Shown here piece by piece: positions 25,601 to 36,000 of a stretch of 64,000 bases of DNA (the stretch's first letter is position 1; every line of letters begins with the position of its first letter). The position numbers and the translations under genes were made by a program. The DNA lies in assembly GCA_047967505.1 (NCBI GenBank), contig CM106538.1, one strand, 5' to 3'. The DNA is from Dipteris shenzhenensis (taxonomy: Eukaryota). A model generated the notes under the pieces. That model was not told where the DNA came from and made no database searches. It worked only from the letters and a program-made list of their open reading frames with translations.

Positions 25601-26944
25601 GGATGTGCCTCTTTGACAACATTTTAATAACAACTAGGTTGAGGTATAGGAAAAGTATTATGCCCATCGGATATGCTTTGCATGGTCGATCGAGCATTAA
25701 ATACCATTTTTGCCTTAGTGCCATGCACATCCGTAAAAAAACACGCTGCTAGGTGTGTTATCCGATCAAGCACTTATGCGATGGGAATGCCACTTTGCAT
25801 GTAAGTCAATTCCACCTAGTTGAAGGTGTGTGAAAAGTATCGTGCCCATCGGATATGCTTTGCATGGTCGATCGAGCATTAAATTCTATTTTTGCCTTAG
25901 TGCCATGCACATTCGTAAAAAAACACACTGCTAGGTGTGTTATCTGATCAAGCACTTATGCGATGGGCGTGCCACTTTGTATGTAAGTCAATTACACCTA
26001 GTTGAAGGTGTGTGCAAAGTATCGTGCCCATCGGATATGCTTTGCATTGTCGATCAAGCATAACACACCGTTTTTGCCTTAGTGTCATGCACAACCATAT
26101 AAAAACACGGCCATAGGTGTGTTATTCAAATAAATATTTATCATATGGAGGCTCCACTTTGCACGCAAGTCCGTTTTAACTACGTTGAGGTGCGTGCAAA
26201 GTATTGTCACCATCGGATATGATTTGCATGGTCGATCACGCATTATACATCATTTTTTTCCTAATGACATGCACATTCACAAAAAAACACGCCATTAGGT
26301 GTGTTATCTGACCAAGTACTTATCGGATGGGTGTGCCTCATTGAGAACATTTCAATACCACCTAGGTTGAGGCGTACGAAAAGTTTTGTGCCCATCGGAT
26401 ATCCTTTGCATGGTCTATCGAGCATTAAATACTATTTTTACTCTAGTGTCATGCACATCCGTCAAAAAACACGTTTCTAGGTATGTTATAGGATCAAGCA
26501 CTTATGGGATGGGCATGCCACTTTGCATGTAAGTCGATTCTACCTAGTTGAAGGTGTGTGCAAAGTATTGTGCCCATCAGATATGCTTTGCATTGTCGAT
26601 CAAGCATAAAACACCATTATTGCCTTAGTGTCATGCACAATCGTCAAAAAACACGATCGTAGGTGTATTTTTCAAACAAGTACTTATCGGATGGGGATGC
26701 CACTTTGCACACAAGTCAATACTGCCTAGGTTGAGGAACGTGTAAAGTCTTGTGTCCATTGGATATGCTTTGCATAGTCTGTCTCACATGATACACCATT
26801 TTGTTCCTAGTGTTATGCACAATCGTCATAAAATACATAGGAGGTGTGTTATCCGAACAAGTACTTATGAGATGGGTGCACCACTTTGTATGCAAGTCAA
26901 TAAGACCTAGGTTGAGGAGTGTACAAAGTTTTGTGCCCATTGGA
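19633..26944. repeat. Tandem array of ~40 x 182-bp hairpin-forming monomers with three variant types
   Basis: CCCATCGGATATG-like core recurs every ~182 bp from ~19846 to ~26936; ORF-track offsets of 182, 910 and 1638 bp agree. Confidence 0.97.
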
Positions 26945-27649
26945 GAAATGTAGATGCGATAATATTAGAAAATTCTCGGTATATGTATATGTGTGTGTGT
27001 GTGTGGCAAACAATTTTGGCACAAAGTAAACACCTAGTGCACAAATTATGCACTTCATACCTTGAGTAAATAAGCTTGTTGATGAGGATAAATATACCCT
27101 TGAATAAAAGCACAGTTGTTGTATGACCACAATAGGATCGCTTTGACACCTGTGATTTTGCCCATATGTAAGTTTACAAATAGTATAAAAAATCATGTAA
27201 TAATATATTAATAGTTTGCAAATGTGTATAGCAAGTGAGTAATGGGAAGTGGAAGTGGGAATGAGGAGGGAGGAGTGGAATAGGATAGGGAAGTAATAAG
27301 GGTGTATGATAATAAGTATAAAAAATAGTATAATAATATATTAATAGTTTTTAAATGGCAAGTGAGTAATGGGAAGTGGAAGTGAGAGTGGGGAGGGAAG
27401 AATGGAATGGGAGAGGGGAAGGTAATAGGGGAGTAGGCTAATAAGGGAGTGAAATGAGTGAGGAAGTTAATAGGGGATGAAAAAGAGGAGGGTGAGATGG
27501 GGAAATATGGGATTTTGGAAAATGGGAGGAGTATGGGACGTGGTGGAAATGTGGGATGGGAGTGGTGGCAATGGGGAGGAAGAAGAAATGGATGGATGGG
27601 AGGAGGGCTAATGGATGAGGGATGGGGGTTCAATAGGAGAGGGGAGTAA

Positions 27650-27880
27650 TGGGAGCCAATGGGAGAGGAGATAAATGAAAAGCCAATAGGAGAGAGGGGA
27701 GGAATGGAAAGCCAATAGGAGAGGAGGAGGAAAACCTAATTTTTCTTATATATAGTCTTCCTTCATTCATTCATTCTCCTCTCATTTCATTCAAGCAAGA
27801 AAGCAAGGACGATCAAGAGAGCAAGGAAGGAAGAGCAAGAAAGCAAGAAAGAGCAAACTTACAAACTGTTTCCAGGTACT
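27650..27880 (+). promoter_or_regulatory. Putative Pol II promoter and non-coding first exon of the cargo gene
   Basis: CCAAT at 27656, 27683 and 27712; TATATATA at 27747-27754; pyrimidine patch; CAG|GTACTT donor-like site at 27876. Confidence 0.55.
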
Positions 27881-27944
27881 TGCAAACTTTTTTTTCTAGT
27901 TTCTTTTTTAAAATTTGAAGAGAGAGAAACTAGAGAGAGAAAGG

Positions 27945-30130
27945 TTCAGGGGAGGGGAGGGAGGGGAGGGAGGAGGAAGGGAGGGGAGGAAGAGGGTGGG
28001 ACGGGAGGGAGGAGGAAGGGAGGGGAAGAAGGGGCGAAGAGGGAGGTGGGTGTGAGGGAAGGGGGTGGGAGGGGAGGCTGGCGCGGCGGGTGGGAGGGAA
28101 GCGGGTGGGTGCGGAGGGGGGCTGAGAGGAGTAGGGGGGAGCGGCTGAGAGGGGGAGGGGGGGGCGCGGCTGAGAGGAGGGGGGAGCGGCTGAGAGGGGG
28201 AGGGAGGCGGGGCGGGGCGCGGCTGAGAGGGGGAGGGAGGCGGGGCGCGGCTGAGGGGGGGAGGGGGGGGAGGCGCGGCTGAGAGGGGGAGGGGGGGGGC
28301 GCGGCTGAGGGGGGGAGGGGGGGGAGGGTGAAGAGGGGGGGCTGGCGGCCGCGGCTGCCAGCCCGGGAGGGTGGGGGAGCGGCTAGGGGGGGCGCGGCTG
28401 AGGGGGGGGGGGGAGGGTGAAGAGGGGGGGCTGGCCGCCAGCCCGGGAGGGTGGGGGAGCGGCTGAGGGGGGAAGGGGGGGTGGGGGAGGGCTTGCGATG
28501 GGGGAGGGGTTGCGAAAGGGGGGGGGGGGGGGGTGAAGAGGGGGGGGCTGGGTGAGAGGAGGGGGGGGGGGCTGGCGGGAGGGTGGGTTGCGAAGGGGAG
28601 GGGAGCGTGGGTTGCGAAAGGGGGGGGGAGAGTGAAGAGAGGGGGGCTGGGTGAGAGGAGGGGGGGGGGCTGGCGGCCGCGGCCGCCAGCCAGGGAGGGT
28701 GGGTTGCGAAGGGGGGGGGAGCGTGGGTTGCGAAAGGGGGGGGGAAGAGTGAAGAGAGGGGGGCTGGGTGAGAGGAGGGGGCGGGGGGGGCTGGCGGCCG
28801 CAGCCGCCAGCCCAGGGAGAGAGGAGAGGGGGTTGCGAAGGGGTTGGTGGGTGAGAGGAGAGGGGAGGGGTTGGGTGAGAGGAGGGGGGGGGGGGGCTGG
28901 CGGCCGCGGCCGCCAGCCAGGGAGGGTGGTGAAGGGGGGGATGGGTGGGTCGCGAAGGGGGGGGGGGGAGGGTGAAGACCCCCCTGGGTGAGAGGAGGGG
29001 GGGGGGCTGGCGGCCGCGGCCGCCAGCCAGGGAGGGTGAAGGGGGGGGATGGGTGGGTTGCGAAGGGGGGGCGGGAGTGTGAAGGGGGGGGGGCTGGGTG
29101 AGAGGAGGGGGGGGGGGGCTGGCGGCCGCGGCCGCCAGCCCAGGGAGAGAGGAAGGAGAGGGGGGGGGCTGGGTGAGAGGGGGGGGGGGGCTGGCGGCCG
29201 CGGCCGCCAGCCAGGGAGCGTGAAGGGGGGGGATGGGTGGGTTGCGAAGGGGGGGGGGAGGGTGAAGAGGGGGGGGGCTGGGTGAGAGGAGGGGGGGGGG
29301 GGCTGGCGGCTACGGCCGCCAGCCCAGGGAGAGAGGAGAGGGGGGGGGCTGGGTGAGAGGAGGGGGGAGAGAGGAGAGGGGGGGGGGTGGCGGCCGCGGC
29401 CGCCAACCAGGGAGGGTGAAGGGGGGGGGGATGGGTGGGTTGCGAAGGGGGGGCGGGAGGGTGAAGAGGGGGGGTGGGTGAGAGGAGGGGGGGGGGGCTG
29501 GCGACCGCGGCCGCCAGCCCAGGGAGAGAGGAGAGGGGGTTGCGAAGGGGCTGGGTGAGAGGAGAGGGGGGGGCCTGGCGGCCGCGGCGGCCAGCCAGGG
29601 AGGGTGAAGGGGAGGATGGGTTGCGAAGGGGGGGGAAGGTGAAGAGGGGGGGGTTGGGTGGTGAGAGGAGGGGGGGGGGGCTGGCGGCCGCGGCCGCCAG
29701 CCCAGGGAGGGTGAAGGGGGGGGGATGGGTGAGAGGAGGGGGGGGGGCTGGCGGCCGCGGCCGCCAGCCCAGGGAGAGAGGGAGGGTGAAGGGGGGGGGG
29801 ATGGGTGGATTGCGAAGGGGGGGTGGATTGCGGAGGGGGGGGCTGGGTGAGAGGAGGGGGGTGTCGCCAAGGAGGGAGGGAGGGAGGGGGGGCCAAAGGG
29901 AGAGTGGGGAAGAGGGTGGAAGGGTTGGGGGGGTCGCCAAGGGGGGTGGGGAAAAGGGAGGAAGGTTAAAAGGGGGTAGGGGGAAAAAGGGGTAGGGGAG
30001 GAAGAGGTTAGGCGACGGGAGAGGGGAAGGGTAGCGGGAGGGGAGGGGGGAGGGGGAGGGGGATTTTGGGGAAGGAGGGGGGGCGAGGGGAAGGGAGGAG
30101 TTTTGGCGGCGGAGGGAGGGGAGGGAAGGA
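27945..30130. repeat. Extremely G-rich minisatellite with recurring GC palindromes
   Basis: Long G runs, GGGTGAGAGGAG, GGGTTGCGAAGG and GGCTGGCGGCCGCGGCCGCCAGCC modules. Confidence 0.93.
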
Positions 30131-30839
30131 GGTTGGAGGAGAGGATTGGGTCGAGGGATGGATGGAGGGAAGGAGAGGAGAGAGAGGAGAGAGAGAGAAG
30201 GAGAGAGAGAGAGGAATGAAAAGGACTTACGAGAATGAAAAGGACTTACATGAAAAGGACTTACGAGAATGAAAAGGACTTACGAGAATCGAGAAGAATG
30301 TTGAAAAAAGTATCAAGAAGAATGTTGAACATAAATTTGAATTCAAAAGGAACGTATAAGAAGAAAGTATAAGAATGTTGAACACAAATTTGAATTCAAA
30401 TTTATAATGAATTCAAATTTCCCTCTCTTTTTTGAAAATTCAAATTTATGTGTAGGAGTGGACTAGTTTTAACTCTCTCCTCGTTTCATTGAAGCAACCA
30501 AGAGCGGAAGAGAAAGGATAAGCCGAGCCTTACTTTTTTCACTTTTTCCAGGTACTTGCATTCTTTTTTATTGTCTTGTAATTCTATTTCTTTACTTACA
30601 ATTCTTTTCAATTAGTTTCTTGTTAAGGTTTTTGAGTTCTATTTCTTAAAATTCGTATTGTAATTCTTTTTCTTTACTTATAATTCTTTTTCAATTAGTT
30701 TATTCTTAAAGTTTTTGAGGAGGGTGGTCTTTTAGAAGGCATTACAATTCTTTTTAAATTAGTTTCTTATTTGAGTTTTTGAGTTCTATTTTAATTAGTT
30801 TTTTATTTATATTTGAGTTTGTAAATTTGAGAAATGGGA

Positions 30840-31253
30840 GAATAGGGAGGGAGGGAAAGAGAGAAATTAAGAGAGAGAAGAGAGGCTCCTTAAGAGAGGG
30901 AGAGAGAGAGAGAGATTCACACAGAGAAGAGGGGCTCCTTAAATGAGAGAGAAGAGTAGGGAGGGAAAGAAAGAGAGAGGAGAGAGGCGGAGAGAGATTA
31001 AGAGAGAGAAGCTGGTAAAGAGAGAGGAGAGAGGGGGAGAGAGATTAAGAGAGAGAAGCGGGTCTCTTGGGGGCCGTGGCTACTTGAGGGAGGGAGAGAG
31101 TAGGGAGAGAGAGGGAGAGAGAAAGAGAGAGAGGGAGAGAGAGAAAGAGAGAGAGGGAGAGAGAGAGAAAGTTTATGGGAATGAAACGTGGCGAGAGGAG
31201 AGAGGAAAAGAGAGAGAGAGAGAAGAGAAGAGGGAGACTTAGGGAGAGAGAGG

Positions 31254-31319
<66 letters not shown>

Positions 31320-31843
31320 TGAAACTTCTGTGCTAGAGGGAGGGAGAGGAAGAGAGAGAATAAGTGGGATGAGGATAGAGAGAAAAATACTTAAGAGTTG
31401 TCAAAGAGAGAGAGAGAGAGATTAAGAGAGAGAATGAGGTGTCTTGACTATGGCTACAAGGAGATTTAGGAGGAGAGAGAGAGAGAGAGAGAGAAAGTAA
31501 AGAGAGTTTTATATATTTACATCTTTTATATTATATTTTTAAATGAGAGAGAAGAGTAGGGAGGGAAAGAAAGAGAGAGGAGAGAGAGGGAGAGAGATTA
31601 AGAGAGAGAAGCCGGTCTCTTGGGGACCTTGGCTTCTCTTGGGGACCGTGGCTCCTTGAGGGAGGGAGAGAGTAGGGAGAGAGAGGGAGAGAGAGAGAAA
31701 GAGAGAGAGGGAGAGAGAAAGAGAGAGAGGGAGAGAGAGGGAGAGAGAGAGAGGAATGAAAAATACTTAAGAGTTATAGAGAGAGAGAGAGAGATTAAGA
31801 GAGAGAATGAGGTGTCTTGACTATGGCTACAAAGAGATTTAGG

Positions 31844-31878
<35 letters not shown>

Positions 31879-31920
31879 TAAAGAGAGTTTTATATATTTA
31901 CATATTTTATATTATACTTT
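30840..31920. repeat. GA-rich microsatellite block with an internal duplication (600-bp offset)
   Basis: AAATGAGAGAGAAGAGTAGGGAGGGAAAG at 30941 and 31541; downstream segments are shared. Confidence 0.85.
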
Positions 31921-32349
31921 TAAAAAATTATAAAAGAGTGAATTTATGGTTTGTTTTGAAGGTGAGATAATGTTTTTATATATATTCATCTTTTAAATTG
32001 AAAAATGTTAACTTTTCTTTAGATACTTGTTCTTTATTTATATCACATGCAGGTTTAGCCTCTACATCACAACCCCTTCTTTTGCATATTTAAGCCTCTT
32101 AAACCCCAGCACATTAAAATGAACACAGAAAAAGAAATTATTTATTGCTTTTCTTCGCTTCGACGGTTGGTTTAGCATAGTTTAGCATAGATTAGATTGC
32201 CTTAGACGAGAGACAATTCTCCAAGTTGCCAATCGAAGCCATGCTCAAATTTTTCTAACTAGTTCCTAATCGTTGTCAGTCCCTTCGCTCACATGCGGTT
32301 TAACACTCATAACATGCTATTAAATAAGACCTTTTACCATTTACCAAGA

Positions 32350-32960
32350 AGTTTATCAGTGGGCAGATTGCATGAGCAGATATCAGTGGACAGATTGCAT
32401 GAGCAGATATCAGTGGACAGATTGCATATATCAGTGGGGACAGATTACATGTCATGGGACATATTGGAGCTTGATGATTATTGGTTATTTTTATTGCATT
32501 TGTATAAATATTTAAGCTCATTTATTGTCATAAAAATCCTTGTAAAGCCTTTTATGCTATTTTTTACATTTATTGTCATATGAAGCGCCTTGTAATAAAC
32601 CCGACCATCCCGACCATTCACTAATTAACGAGTATCAGTGGGATGCATAAGTGGATATCATGTGGGCTGCATAAGTGGATATCAGTGGAACAGTTTTTAG
32701 TGGATAGATTGCACCAGTTGGGTATCAGTGCTCAGATATCAATGGATGGACAGATTACATGAATCTTCACGAAGATTGAAGCTTTATTACTAGACGACAT
32801 TTTATATTACTTGTAAAGCTTTATTGGCATTCTTTTACATTTGTACAAATATTTAAGCCTTGTAAAGCCTTTTAGGCTATTTCCCACATTTATTGCCATA
32901 TAAAGCCTTGTAAAGCCTTTTGGGCTATTTTCCACATTTATTGTATCAAGGGTTGTATAT
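32350..32960. repeat. Short repeats (27-bp ATATCAGTGGACAGATTGCATGAGCAG; TTGTAAAGCCTTTT)
   Basis: Directly visible tandem and near-tandem copies. Confidence 0.75.
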
Positions 32961-33012
32961 TGTACTTTACTTGTATGTATCTAAATTCTTCATTATCTTT
33001 TCTTGTAGGATT

Positions 33013-36000
33013 ATGGAGCAATCAGCTAATGTGATGGCTATGCTAGATGACTCTGAGATCAGAGAATGGGTTTCTGATGTCACTTTGAATTTCAAAGGAA
33101 AGGAATATAGCCCCAATGGCTTTGGTAGGTGGACTCGATATCACATGGGTAGAAGAGCCTGGTTTCTTTATCAAAAGGAAAAGAGACTCTTTCTACTTAT
33201 GTCAAAAAGGGAGTTCAATGGTGTTGAAGATCCATGGGATGCTACTTTCTTCAAAAAAGATATGACTTCAAGCCTTGTAGTAGGCATAATAATTCAGCGA
33301 AAAGACACCTTTGTGGATATTTTAACAAAGAGTTCAGATCCTGAAGTTGGCGGTATGCATTTTATTGTGTCAAGGAGAGACGCAAAGACCTTTGTGATGC
33401 CTCCTCCTCAACCATCAAAGTTTCCAGAGTTGCAAAGGGCATTGGAGACTCTTTCATATACTTGGGAGCAATTTCCTAGTGTGGTGGCAAAAAGGATGCA
33501 TGCAAAGATAATGTTTGAATACTTTAAGGATGCAGAATATGCTCTCCATATGCAAGAATCATCACATGAAGGAGATCAAAAAGCTCAGACTTCAATGCAG
33601 GGACAAGAAGAACAGGCACACTGTCACAAACCTGTAGAACATGAGCGCAAACTTCTAGAGCAAGAAATGGTGAATGTAACTAAGGATGATGAAAAACAAG
33701 CCTTGAGTGCACGGGAATTAGCAAAAATTGAAGAAGATCAAGGTCGATCCACTGCAGTTATGCTAGAAGCTCTTGCTAGCAAACCACGACGTGAAATGCA
33801 AAAGGCTAGTACTGCAAGAGCCACGGTTCCAAGCAGTAAGAAAAGACATCGTCCCACTGTAGAGAAAGATAATGTGGATGAAAAACGGTCAAAAAAAGAG
33901 AAAGATGAAGAAGACTCAGAATCCGAGGCTGAAGATGATCAAGATGAACTCACATCAATTAAAAATCTTAATCTACGTCTTAATGAAGCAGTTACAGATG
34001 ATGATGTGGGATATATCTGGGGTCAAAGGACGTGTTTGTGAATGCCAAAGATGTGGAAGCTGCAGCTCTGTTTACTAATAGCCGAAGCCTTGATATATCC
34101 TATGCAATGCAAATATACGAGGCTTTGAGAGATGGTAAGAAACCTGTGGCAAGTAATGTGGTCTTGCACCCAATAATGTTTTGTCCAACCAAAAATAGTT
34201 TTCTGGATCAAATAACATTTACAGGGCCTACACATTTCGAGGAGATCTTCAGTCAATTCTTTAAAAACACTCTAAAAAATATTCCACATGAACAAGGCGA
34301 AGAGGCACAAGGAGAGAATATGCTAAAGGAAGTCAAGAAGGAATTTCTCCTTCATTGCAGATTCCAACCCATTGATGGTCAACATTGGGCTTATGCTTGT
34401 AATCAGATCGCAAGGGAAGCAAAGGAGGGCAAAAGACTCACTCCAGAACAATTTGTAAAGATAAGCTCATTCCATTATTATCCTGCAACGATCTGTATAT
34501 TCAAGCATGAGATTAAGTATTTGATTGAGTCCGAAAGACTTAATCATTATGTCCATGGAAAGCGTAAGATATCCTCAACATCAGAGGTCTTACAGAAGGC
34601 AAGGGTGATATGGACAACATTTGGTTCCCCAAATCCTGATTTGAAGCGAAAGGTCACAAAAGCAGACGCCGACACACTCACAAACTTTTATACTTCTTTG
34701 AGTGCAGTTGTGCCTAGGGGAACCCAAGAGCGGGAAGAAAGTATGACAAGCCTCAAGGTGGTGAGGGACAGATATGCCGACTATACTTCTATCATATTTC
34801 GTCCTGTTGAAGTGTTCAATGAGATGCTTGAAACGTGCATTGCTTGTGAGCGTGGACAGCTGACCTATGAAGCTCCTTTGTTTATCTCCGGCAAGTCAAA
34901 GGTAATGGATAAGAAGGAGTTGACGGCAAGGATGTGGAGGCCTGTAAAGTACTTACCTGATAAGTATGCATCCATGGCAGCACAAAGAATTTTAAAGAAA
35001 GAATGGTTTTTTGGAAAAAAAGACAAAGACCACTGCATGGAAGAATGCATCAATGTACAGGTGAGGCGTGATGCAGTGCATAGTGCCATCAAGTATTTGC
35101 TGTCAGAGAAACAAATTCCACTTACTCATTGCAACATTGACTATAATGTGGTGAAGCATATAGCTTCTTTGTCAACACCCAAGGTAAAGCTATGGGCCAA
35201 CAGGTGGATTAAAAAGGATGAAGATGGGTCGGAAATAGTAACCTCTTATATGAGAAAAGAGATCCCACAACAGGTGGTTGCATATATGGAAAGATTAATC
35301 AGCGAGATAAGAATGCCGACAGATATGCACCAAAGCTTTCAATTCAATGTAGAGGTTACGGCAGAGTCTGGAAAGCTTGTCAACTTCAGGGGAGTCTCAG
35401 AAGATGACTTCTTTAAGAATGAGTCAGCATGGGATAAGCCACAACTATTCTTTATCAATGAAGTTTCTAGCGATGATATCCATAACTTCATTGATAGAAT
35501 AGTATATACCACCATTAGCAAAGTGGCGATTTGTAACATTGTCATATTTGTTGATAAAAAAGACAAAGAAGCCATGCAGGTTACTCTAGAGCGAGCATAT
35601 TCATCAAATTTGAAGATCTATAGTGGTGTTTATGCAGCAAAGAGAGGCAAGAGAGAATGTGGCATAGCGATTCAAACTCTTGAATCATTCTTTCTATGTA
35701 TGCGGAGTCCCAACCCTGATCACTCTTTACAAAAGAACATAAGAGGGAATTCAAATAATTTGAGATTGATGCTAGAAGAGCAAGATATTCCCAGGTCCAT
35801 ACATTATCAAAAAAACAACTACGGAAGTCCTGCAAAAAGTGGGAGTCTCTTGCTTACCATGATGGAGAATTTGCTGCCGGCAGGTTGGGAGGTCACCTTG
35901 TGCAGGATGGGATATTTATTTGAGGATCTCCTAAGAAAAGGCAACTCCACCAATATTATTGAAAATAAGCATTTCATGGCCTATTTCCAGCTTCAAGCAG

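Noticed and set aside
19633-26944. CRISPR array or repeated ~65-aa peptide genes
   Set aside because: There are no unique spacers and no cas genes; 182 is not a multiple of 3, and the short ORFs just mirror the repeat.
27908-29940. 662/664-aa proline-rich extensin-like ORFs
   Set aside because: Open in several frames only because the C-rich minisatellite strand lacks stop codons; there is no signal peptide or consistent periodicity.
30943-31820. Arg/Glu-rich ORFs
   Set aside because: Translations of (GA)n tracts; the same applies to 56895-57077 and 59645-59857.
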